A stretch of DNA of 64,000 nucleotides from positions 50,842,001-50,906,000 of the forward strand of contig NW_024704743.1 of the NCBI RefSeq assembly GCF_018977255.1. Reading direction: 5' to 3'. The stretch is from Callorhinchus milii. Taxonomy: Eukaryota. The position numbers and the translations under genes were made by a program. This document shows positions 49,715 through 60,747 of this stretch, piece by piece (the first letter of the stretch is position 1; each line of letters opens with the position of its first letter). Below the pieces are notes generated by a model, which worked only from the letters and a program-made list of their open reading frames with translations, did no database searches and had not been told where the DNA came from.

Positions 49715-52700
49715 TTGGATAAAATGTGACATTTTATAACCCATTTAATGTGATAATTCTGCAATGTTATTTTTGTCACTTCCTTTGTTATGAATTAATA
49801 CATAGTCTCCGAATATCATTAGTTTGAAAAATCTTTTGAAAGGAAAGGTGACTGTGAACAAGTAAGCTTTATTTTTGTTTTGCTTTTGTTGAGCTAAGTG
49901 CGAAGATATTAAGTGTCGATAAACTGCTAGACGTACTTAAACTGGTTCAATATTGCTAAGGAAGGTAAGGTTCACGTTGCTCTGCTCAGGCCTGTTTTTA
50001 ATAATACTTGGGGGGGTGTAAAATTTTTAAAATCTTTCCATTGGTCTAATTCTCACTGCAAGAAGTAAGCCACAATGAATTTCACAGAATATCCCTTCGC
50101 CAACTGCTCTGCTTTTCCTCAAAATCAAATTTGATTTGAAAATCCAAAAGTAATTACTGTACTTCAAACTGTGTTTTCACAGTGCAGTACTTAGAAAATG
50201 GATTGCTAGCAAAGCTTGTTATATTTATCCCCAAAATGTAATGTATGAGAAGATTTAGGAGAGACAGAAGGTGCACAGATTTTAATTGTGTAAGCTCAGA
50301 CTATGAAAATCAAAGACCATAGACACTCTGTTATGAATGCTATTAATCATATTTGTGGTGTTATGACAATTTGCTGGGCTTTAAACCAAGAGGTGTAAAT
50401 ATTGTTGCACAAGATCAAAACAGCACAAATGCAGATTGCAAACTGGTCAACACCGTCTAGTCTTTATCAGTCCGTATTATCTGTTTCATAAGAATCAGGG
50501 AAATTCAAATTACTTTAGGATTAGAAACGGTGTTTTAACAATGAAAGCAAATTTATTGTGTGCAGCTTCCACACAAGAATCATTGCAAGATCAAAACATA
50601 GAATAATTCAAGATTGAACTATGCTGTGTAAAGTAGGAAAAAACACAGCAAATAATACTTCAAGGTATGATAGGCTGTGAAGTTTTTGGTAAAAGTAGAT
50701 GTTTTATTTTAAATGCTTGCTAAGGAATCGGACTTGAACCAAATATTAAAACATGGACAGGCAGCCCCATAATGAAATAGCACTAAATATTAAACTCACC
50801 AAATTCCTTTCTCCATCATTCTTTTCCTGCAGACAAAAAGATGCTTTCCATCTCCTTTCAGGAGCAGGATTTTCTTTAATGTGCAAGATTAAACAGCAAA
50901 AATCAAAAAGAGAGTATAAAATATTCTTCCAAAATGTTTGCATTTTACTAAATCCTTTATAATGCCTAAGGCAGCATTGGGTGCAAGTGTGTCCAGCACC
51001 TAGCACCAGTTACCAATTTTCTGTTCCTATTCAATACACTGTGGAGGCAATTATAAGTGGTTTCTACAATATTTAGGATTATAATTTATGAGATTTTATT
51101 CGAGTTGAGGAAAGAAGGAGTTGGGCCAGGAATACTTATTTTCCTGAAATAAACGAAAGCCATTTTGATTTCACAGGGTTAAAAATGGTAAGGCAAGTTG
51201 CAGTAATAATTCAGAATAAATGACAAGGTACAATTTAGAAATTATACAAAAATAGCAGCAATGCCATTGTTGTCATTTAAAATCTGCCACACATCAGCAC
51301 CGTGAATGTATTTTTGTGACCGAAATATAATAAGCAAACAATTCTTCCCAAAAGGATAAACTGCATAATTGACAAGACTTTTGTTTTTCTTTCATTTAGA
51401 AGCCTGCGTGTCGAAACAAAGAAATGTAAAACAGATTTTTTAAAATCAGCCACAGCTTGTAAAATCTTGTTAAGCTGTGTAAAAAATGTTAATGTTTCCA
51501 TTAGAAAATCCAAATTTGTTGTTGTTTGCATCTTCCTGGACCAAGGGTGGCTGTTGTTTCTCCCCACCCCCACCCCACTCCCATTCTCTCAAACTGCTGT
51601 CATTGAATTCTTGGCAATTAGTGTAATTGAAATTTATCGACAAAGAAAAGGTCTGCTAAAATTTCATTGTTCTGAGCACAGGGTACACATGCTATTGAGC
51701 AGCAGCATCACTGTGTCAGACAGCTAATACTCTGTTCAATTATATCAATAGCCGAATGGCTGCAGCGAGTCCTATGGGGGTATGCATGTTACTCAGTGAT
51801 AAGAGCAGATTGGAACAGTATCCCTAGGCCTTGCACAGAGAGAGATGTAAATTAAACAGTTATTTGTCTACTGTGTAAAATTAATATAATTGCCTTCTTG
51901 AAAAAGCTTTGACCACAGTTCACTTATCTGACCCACATGAGTCCTGAAGACAGGGGCTGAGCTCTTTCCATCGTTTAATCTAAAAGATTGAGGGAAGCCA
52001 GTAGTAATTGAATTGTTGGGTGAAATTATGTACATTCATTCCATCTGTATGAATTTCCGAAAAGCATCTTGGGGAAAAAAAGTAACACTGCTTCGGTTGC
52101 TAGAGAAAGCAAGTGTCTCGGGTTGAGTTGAATTATTTTAATTTATACTGTGAAATAAAAATTTCCAGATAAATTTTGCATTTGCAGCTGTTCACTTTAT
52201 AATGTTCTATTGCCCTGCTTGTAATTAAATCCAGAGAAAATTCTCTCACTTAATTTATCACTGGCTGTTGTTAGAGACGGCACAAGATTTTTGGTGCACG
52301 GGCATGAGAGCTAATTTAGATTTAAGGCCCAGCTGAGTTGATCTTTTCCATGACAAATTTCCACACTTAAAATGTTTGTGTGGAGATACTTATGTAACAT
52401 ATTATGGCTTTTTAACTATGGATGTCTCAAAAATCATATTTGTAATGGGGATTTAACTGCAATTCCCTAGCAGGTAGCTGTGGCATAAGGAGCAAACAGG
52501 ATATGATGACATGTTTAGAAAATATTGAGGTCTGATCCGATCTGTTTTTTTTAACTATACATTTTTTCCCCTATGAGATCCCTTTTGTTGCGCCTTGTCC
52601 ATAGAGAAAGAATAGGTTGTGAGGAAATGTTGTGAAAATACTGCAATCTGATTCAATATCTTTTTCCCTATGGTAATATGTAGATCTTTGATATTGCTAA

Positions 52701-52771
52701 CTATAACCATGTATACTCTTTCTATTGGTAGGTGGACTTGATCCAGTTCACAGATCACAAGAGATCAGCGT

Positions 52772-53177
52772 ATCAGCCTGGCTCAGTTGGTAGCACTCTT
52801 GCCTCTGAGTCAGAACGTTTTAGGTTTAAGCTTCACATCAAGACTCATAGTCCAGGCTGACACTGCTACAGTGCTAGGGGTACTCTGCATTGTCAGGTGA
52901 TATGTTAAATTGAGGTCCTGAACAGGCAGACATAAACATCCTATTGCACTATTCAAAAAGAGAAGGAAGTTTCTCTTGATGTTGTGGCTAGCAATCCCCC
53001 AAATAAAGCTTGTGATTTGTTTCATCTCTGTTTGTGGGATGTTGCTGTGTGCAAAATGGCTGCCAGATTTGATTACATAATCCACAGTCATTGTACTTTA
53101 CTTTTGAATCATCCTCCCAAAGAGAAATCTGCTATATCAAATGTAAGTATTATTATCATTTTTATTGATATTATTAT
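52772..53177 (+). mobile_element. Full-length old Deu-domain SINE
   Basis: tggctcagttggtagcactcttgcctctgagtcagaa..ggctgacactg..tgtttgtgggatgttgctgtgtgcaaaatggctgcc..ctatatcaaatgtaagtattatt. Confidence 0.9.
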
Positions 53178-53189
53178 CCCTCTAACATT

Positions 53190-53362
53190 GATGATCATCC
53201 TTGTTGCCCTCATCTGCACTGCCGTATAGACCTAGGCAGCCTCCTGATATTGCAATGAGCAGAGCTGTACCAATACGCTCTGTGCCGCCTGATTTGACAA
53301 TTCAGTATAGCCAAACACCCTGTTTTCCTTGTTCATTGCTGCCTCATACAGTTTTAAATGGC
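53190..53362 (-). mobile_element. Old CR1 RT fragment
   Basis: cctgttttccttgttcattgctgcctcatacagtttt matches 12397-12432. Confidence 0.6.
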
Positions 53363-53422
53363 TTTTCTGCAATTGTTGCTACATTACTACATAATCGCCA
53401 CTGAAAGTTATGTTTATAATAA

Positions 53423-53832
53423 AATAATAATCCTGTATTTGATATTGTGCCTGATCATGTCATTGTGAGATCTCAAAGCGCTTCATAGGATATACTGTAA
53501 AGTGGATTTACCGTGCATTTTGTGCGCAAAACATGGCAGCCAGTTGTACACAGCAATGCCACACAGAACTATGTTTCATTTGGGGGTTTTGTTGGCCAGG
53601 AGACCGGGATAAACTCCCTTCTCTTTTCACATAGTGCCATCCATCTAAATAGGTGGACAGGTCCGCAGTTTAATGTCTCATCTGAAGGATGGCATCTCCA
53701 ACTATGCAACACACCCCCAGCACTGCATTGGTGTGTCAGTTTAGACTCTCCGATTCCAAATTTTCCTGTGGGGCTTGAACCCACAACCTTCTAACTCGGA
53801 GATGACAGTGTGACTACTGAGCCAGACTGACA
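53423..53832 (-). mobile_element. Full-length old Deu-domain SINE
   Basis: atagtgccat..gtttaatgtctcatctgaaggatggcatctcc..gggcttgaacccacaaccttct..ctgagcca. Confidence 0.9.
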
Positions 53833-55202
53833 GGCTGATTATGGTTATGGGTGACTTTGTTCCAATTAATTGTTCTGCTACTTTAAAGAGCTCCATTTTG
53901 CAGTGAGGCCAAGGGATAATAAAATACCTATTTTGGGAATAAAATGAGATTGACATTTGAGATTAGGTTTTGAGCAATCCCTTTGAATGCAATTGAATAT
54001 ATCTATCATAGGTGGCTGGTACTTTGCTGTGAGTTATTCGGCCATACTCTCAACCTTTGGTTCCTTTCCAAGTACAAACACCTTGCTTATTTGAAAGCTT
54101 TCTGTATCGAACGAGGGGATAGCTGTCTCTATTTGAAAATAAAAACAGAAAAAGGATAATAATATTTCACAATATTTCAAATATTCAATTGGAAAATAAT
54201 ATATAAAAGTCTAGATACTGTATACCTTTGACCTGACCAGTATACATCACTCCATGTATAAAGTAGCCTTAAGAAGGCATGACACAAGTCATCGAGGTCT
54301 GTCCATTTCTTGGACAATTACATGCTCTGGTTTGGTAACATATTTCTTTGTAGTACAGATCCGTTCACCTCAGAATTTGCCAGGTAATCTTCAAATCAAA
54401 CTACTAAGTAGCATCACAAACAGTAAAACATCTGGACATGAAGTGTCTGAATTGCACTATTTGAGATTCTTCTCACTTTTCCCACATTCTTTGGGATGTC
54501 ATTTTAAGAGCTCAAAGCATGAAACCAGAAAGACACCTTAAACTGTTAAACTCACTCCTTCCCATGGACCATGTATAAGTTGTGTTGCTGTGAACATTTT
54601 TTTGATATTCTGAGGGGAAATAAATAATCATGGACAAATCCTGTAAGAAATGGAAAGGAAATTTCTCATTGGATTCCAGAGTAATTGGGTGAAGACGCCA
54701 AGTTATCAATCCAAGATTCTCATTCAGCCCTGATGTTAATATTTCATGGGTAACATGCCTTAATATTGTGTTCCTCCCTCTTATTGTTTAATTGCTGATT
54801 CAGTATCAAAGAAAAGTATGTATTAATCTTTTGGATATTCTCAGCAAAACTTGACAACCGCAGTTAGCATTTTTCTCTCCGCAGACCATTTGTCTCAATC
54901 ATCTTTAAGCTTAGTTATTCGGTGCTTCATACGAAAGACGATTAATCTCTTCTTAAGTCAGTTGGGTAAGCCAGGGTTCTTTTTAGCTCTGTCTGCTCTC
55001 ACACAGAGTAAGTATGAACTGGAACAGTCAGCGAGATAAGCTGCCAAAAACCTGAGGGGAACATTTTATTTCCTCCAGCTGCGTTTCACTAGATAGAGCA
55101 CTAGCCATGTCATTGTTGAGAGTATTGCTCCCCAACTGTACTATATTCAACAGAAAGTGTCCCCTAGCATTTGGAAAGGGAAACACTTCCTGAATCACAT
55201 TT

Positions 55203-55945
55203 ATAATAATCCTTGTATTTGATATAGCACCTTATCACATCATTGATATGTCTCAAAGTGCTTCACAGGATATTATATTTAACGGTTTTGACTGTATTTT
55301 GTGAGTGAAATGCAGCAGCAAGTTTGTGCACAGCAATGTCCCACAAACACCATGGTGTGTTACCAACCTTATTTGGAGGATTGTTGGCCAGGACGCCAGG
55401 AAAAGTTCCCTCCACTTTTTGAATAGTAATAATATAATAATAATAATCCTTGCATTTGATATCGCGCTTTTCATGTCGGGAGGATGTCCCAAAGCGCTTC
55501 ACAGAAGACACTGCAAAGTGAATTGACTGTATATTTGTGGGCGAACGTGGCAGCCAATTGCGCACAGCAATGTCCCACAAACAATCATGGATTGAAAATG
55601 ACCAATTTATTATTGATTTTTTTGGGGGGGATTATTATTAGGCGTGTGAAGTAAGGAAACTTGCCCAAGATTTCGCCCTACCTGGAATTGAACTCCGGTC
55701 TCTCACTTGCAAAGCGAGTGCTATGAACCACTTGAGCTACAGGACTCCACGAATAGTGCCATGAGATCTTTAACGTCCAACTGAACAGGCAGTCGGGAAC
55801 TTCGTTTAACGCCTTATCCGAAGGACTGCAACTCCGACAATGCAACACATCCCCAGCACTGCATTGGAGTGACATCATAGACTGGGATTCCAAGTCCTGA
55901 CATGGGGCTTGAACCCACAACCTTCTGACTGAGCCGGGCTGACAC
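55203..55945 (-). mobile_element. Old Deu-domain SINE split by a young SINE
   Basis: 3' part 55203-55427; 5' part 55751-55945; TSD gaatagt. Confidence 0.9.
55428..55750 (-). mobile_element. Full-length young SINE, short form
   Basis: Near-identical reverse complement of the copies at 6562 and 56487. Confidence 0.95.
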
Positions 55946-56184
55946 ACATTTGCTGGATCATGGTAAGGTCCCTGTGATATGCTTTATTTTCAGTGTCAAA
56001 AGGCAGGCAGATCCATTGAAGCCCAGCTCAGTAAGATTCAATTTCATGGTAGGGGTTAACCCAGGGCTGATTCATATATATGTGGGATTCCAGACCCTGA
56101 TGAACCCACCCTTCTCTTACTGGTTTCTTCCTCTATTCACCAGCTTCACTACAGCCACTGTGCTTTACTTGTAATGACGTACTT

Positions 56185-56420
56185 AAAATCCACCTGGGTC
56201 TAGATTTACTCTTTTTTTTATGAATTGTTTTAGTGCATCCAAAATTTGGAAAATCATTGAGTTCAGACTTAATTTTGAAGTTAGTCCCTTTATAGTTTCT
56301 GTAGAAATTTACAGAAAACTGGTTTCAAAATTCAGGCTGTATTCAAGGTTTTGCTAAATTCTGGACACTCTAAAATGCTATGTTGATAGAGTAAATGTAA
56401 AGCCAGGTGGAATTTCTCCT
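56185..56420. mobile_element. Best-preserved palindromic family P element
   Basis: aaatccacctgggtctagatttactct..tccaaaatttgg..aattttgaag | ttcaaaattc..ctaaattctgga..agagtaaatgtaaagccaggtggaattt: arms pair along most of their length. Confidence 0.8.
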
Positions 56421-56486
56421 CATTGGTTTGATAATATTGAAATGTCATGTATTTTATACACATATCATCAATTTTTTGACTCCAAT

Positions 56487-56804
56487 GTGGAGTCCTGTAG
56501 CTCAGTGGTTAGAGCACTCGCTTTGCAAGCGAGAGACCTGAGTTCAATTCCAGGCAGGGCAAAACCTTGGGCAAGTTTCCTTACTCCACACGCCTAATAA
56601 TAATCCCTCCAAAACCAAAAACAATAATAAATTGGTCATTTTCAATCTACGACTGTTTGTGGGACATTGCTGTGCGCAATTGGCTGCCGCGTTTGCCCAC
56701 AAACATACAATCAATTCACTTTACAGTGTGTTCTGTGAAGTGCTTTGGGACGTCCTCCCGACGTGAAAAGCGCTATATCAAATGCAAAGATAATTATTAT
56801 TATT
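56487..56804 (+). mobile_element. Full-length young tRNA-Ala(TGC)-derived SINE, short form
   Basis: Intact ctcgc-tttgcaa-gcgag arm, A/B boxes, L2-type tail. Confidence 0.95.
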
Positions 56805-58094
56805 AATATATAAAGGATGCTACTGTGTGTGCAGTTTATTTTTTAAAAAATTGATGATAGACAGCAAGGGCCTCATTGGGCAGTAGTCATAAGGGAGGAA
56901 GGAAACAACAAAGGAATGGCAACTAGTATGTGAATACAAATACAACATTTTATTTTACAAATCGTCTCATAGAGAAGGAATCGTCTTCACTATTTGGATA
57001 TTCTCAGCTACACTTCACAACCACAGTTAGTCTTTTTCTTTCTCTAGACTATTTGTCTCAGTTATCTTTAAACTTTGGTATTAAACCATCAGCTTGTGGC
57101 AATGTGTCTCAGTAAGAGTTATGTGAGATATCCACTGCTTCAACCAGACTTGATACATAGCCCAAGTTTCTTTTGATATGGTGAAAGGAAGATTGCTTCT
57201 TCCTTTTATCAGTTCCTACTGGGAGTTTGTGTCTTCATTCTGCATAAAGAACATGCTATTCAGTCTAAAGCTAGTGATTTTTTTTGCACTTCTAATGACA
57301 ATTCTCATTATAACTGTGCCACGAGGAGTTCACTAGCTTTAATTCCCAGTGCATATTAATCTCAAATGAGAGATGTTGGTCGAAGGGAGGAAATGGATGT
57401 ATTATTATAAATAATAATACTAATAATACAAGTATTATTAATAATAATAACAAATACCAACTCAGTATTGGATAATTAGAATAAAATCAAGTCCATCATG
57501 TTGGAATCGGGGTAAATGACAAGCGACTCTGTATCCAGCCGTAGTATTTAGTAAAACTGAACAGGGTTTAAAATGCTGTTAAAATAATTCAATAGAGTTA
57601 AAAAATCATTGAACAACACCATGGAATACACAAGACACAGACCTTGACATAATCCAAATCTGAGATTTAAAGATTCTTCTGTTCACAAACAAATCTCTGC
57701 CACAAGTGGCAATTTTAAAGCTTCACGTATGTTTATGATCTGCAAACAGCAGTTTGACATGTGTTGGCACATGAGCTTAGAGCTAGTTAAATTGTCATGT
57801 GACATTTCTGCATAACAGTAGTTGTGAAATGCTGAATATTGTACAATATCCACAACATGCAGAAGATGTATTGCAGATTAATACTTAGGATCATATTATG
57901 CTAATTAACATTTTTTGTTCCATAGATCATAAAGCCTGGAAAAAGGTAGTCTACCTGTCAATCAGATGTCAATTGGGTTACACATCAAATGCATTGGATA
58001 CCCATATTTCAATTGACTGATAGTGACCACCCATATTGTAATTTCTATGATCCTATAATTCTATGAAGGAATGTCAATATTCAAAATAAAGATG

Positions 58095-58142
58095 CCTTTC
58101 AAATATGATTGGTCCTTTCAAATATGATTGGTCCTTTCAAAT
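58095..58142 (+). repeat. 19-bp tandem repeat, 2.5 copies
   Basis: (cctttcaaatatgattggt)x2 + cctttcaaat. Confidence 0.92.
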
Positions 58143-58700
58143 GATCCATAGATCTTCATATATACAATGATAGCAAACCTAACCATTGATTTGATTTATT
58201 AAATTGCCATCCACTGGATCCTACAACAAAAAGCAAACACTCATATGGCAGAACACTTCAGGAATGCCTCAATGTTTTATTTCAGCTCATCTAAGGATCT
58301 TAAACTAACAAACTGCACATCATCGTATCCACATCTCAGAACTTATCCCAACACAACAACTAACGATCACTGGGGCTTTATCTCTATAGCATTGGGAAGT
58401 AGAGTGAAATGTCCAGAAAGTATTACACTGAGGTGATATCAAATCACCAATTAGCCATTGGGGACTTTCGATTGTCAGAATAAAAAGAAAGCAATAACTC
58501 GATACAATTTTGTGTTGATTGAATAAAACTGAAGAATGTCATAATTAAAACTCCGAAGCTTTTCTTAAAACTCAATTCTAAGTTTTCTTCTCGTTTTCGA
58601 TGTTTGATTACATATTAAGGAAAATGGGCTGTGAATGGATTTTACTCTGTAAGAAATTATTCAATTGCCATGCCCATTTAGGAGGATCCTTTTATTAAAC

Positions 58701-59000
58701 TAATAACCCTTGTATTTGATATAAAGCCTTATCATGTTCTTGAGACACCTCAAAGTGCTTCACAGAATGTATTGTAAAGTGGATTGACTGTGTATTATGT
58801 GGGCGAAATTTGGCAGCTGATTGCGCACAGCAGTGTTCCACAAACAGTCGTGGATTGAATGACCAAATTATTATTTTTTTTGAAAGATTATTAGCCCCGG
58901 AAAAGTTTTCCACCAATCGACTAACAACCGGGTTCCTACTTACTGCTAGCTAAGCAGAGGAGTGTGGAGTAAGGAAACTTGCCTAAGGTTTCGCCCTGCC
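58701..59000 (-). mobile_element. Young SINE, long form, lacking the tRNA head
   Basis: ccaatcgactaacaaccgggttcctacttactgctag..gtaaggaaacttgcctaaggtttcgccctgcc. Confidence 0.88.
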
Positions 59001-59597
59001 CATTTATTCCTGACACAGATGCAAACGATAGTAATTGTAAGGGTAAAAACTGTTGCACGTGATATGATAATTCTAATTCAGTTATTTTTTACTAACACAG
59101 GGCTGAGGTAGATGATACCTTCCTATCACAAAAAGGCTTTAACCAAAGGAGAGCAGCAGTAATGTGCCAGTCTATTGGTGCAGTCCATTATTTCTGTTTA
59201 TACCTACTTAGCTGCAAGTATTTCAGAAGGACATTTCATGGACTCCTGTCCTTATTAGGAAATGTTGAAAATCCAGAAGGATAGATGGCCCACTGCTTGG
59301 ATTTTAGGAAACTATGACTTTGACATGCTGCAGAAATCAGCATAAAAATGCTGATAGCTTGTCACTGAGGTCATATGCATACTGCAAGCATCACCAGAAA
59401 AGCAAAGAAAAGGCACAGCAACAGCCACATAATGAAAAGGTAACAACCCTTTGAATCCTGTCAAAACTCAGTTATGCATCACTGATAGTTGAATGTTGAA
59501 TTCTGTAGCTGGGTATCAAGCAATGACAATTTATAGTCCATGCTGAATGTCACAATAAAGACTATACTGAAGAATTGGATATAGCACAAGTGAAAGT

Positions 59598-59862
59598 TAA
59601 TAATAATAGAAATAATCCTTACATTTGACGTAATACCTTTCATGTTAAGAGTGCTGTAATGACTATTTTGCAGGCAAGTGGTAATGAATTTGTGCACAGC
59701 AATGTTCCACAAGCGGCCATGAAGTCAATGATCCGATTTTATTTGGAGGATTGTCGGCTAGTACATGAGAGAAACTCTCTTTTCTCTTCGAATAGCACTA
59801 TGGGATCTTTGATGTGCATGTGGAGAGACAGATGGGACCTCTGATAATGTAGTGCTCCCCCA
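59598..59862 (-). mobile_element. Deu-domain SINE fragment
   Basis: ttgtgcacagcaatgttccacaa..ttcgaatagcactatgggatcttt. Confidence 0.75.
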
Positions 59863-60411
59863 GTTATATCAAATGCAAGGATTATTATTATTATATTGTC
59901 TTAACGAACAAAAATCAGCGTAAAGTTTTTATCCCACTGATAAAGCAGTTCAAAGCTGTAATCCAAAAGCTCATCTGGGACAAGTGGATGTGTTAAAGAT
60001 CATAAGGTCACTATATTCAATGTCAGTGATAATTAGCACATACTGTGCAATACACATACATAAGGTTCAAATCAAAACATCTTAAAATATATCCCTATAT
60101 ATGCTAAGGCCCCAGTTTTCCCATGGCAGGGAAACCAATAGGGGAAGAGCAATATATTAGTGAAAGATATGTCTGAAAAAAAGATTCATTTTTTCAGTTA
60201 CTTTGGTTATGATTTATTCTGCTTAATACAGTTATGAGTTCTGATTGTTTGCATTGCTTTGTGAGTGGGACTGTGATTTGATAGGACAAATAGATTGCTG
60301 TGGTTCTTATGTTTGTGACAAAGGAAGATCAACCAAGGGCTGTTTGATTTCTGGTGATATGTATATGTATTAATATGTAATAATTTGCTACATAGAGTCT
60401 ACAACAGAATA

Positions 60412-60747
60412 CAGCAGAGCCCTGTTATAATGCTCTTTGTTATAATGTGCATTTGCTTATAATATCCTGTGGACCTGTAGCTTCCTCCCCATGGCTGATG
60501 TCCTGTAGCATGCTTTCCACATGCTAAAAATGGCTAACTTATGTGTCAGCAGATCACCACCAATATTATTTCCTGTGTGACCTGATGACACAGAGGTTAG
60601 CTACTTTTTAGCGTACATATAAGCAGTGTCATCTTCTGTCTTGTAATGCAGAAGCACTGACCTTAACGAACAAAAATATTGCGTCCTGTTATAAGGTGGG
60701 CTGGTAATTTATGGATCCCAACTTCCATACTTCATGAGGCTGTACTC
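60412..60747. mobile_element. Probable pogo/Tigger-type MITE
   Basis: ta-cagcagagccctgttataatg with repeated gttataa subterminal motifs; degenerate right end atgaggctgtactc-ta. Confidence 0.5.

Noticed and set aside
56487..56562. Functional tRNA-Ala gene
   Set aside because: It continues directly into the SINE body, has no poly-T terminator and has a weak T arm.
58095..58142. CRISPR-like repeat array
   Set aside because: Head-to-tail tandem duplication without spacers, in eukaryotic DNA.
59900..60677. 16-bp exact repeat cttaacgaacaaaaat
   Set aside because: Short and AT-rich; plausible by chance in 64 kb; no flanking similarity.
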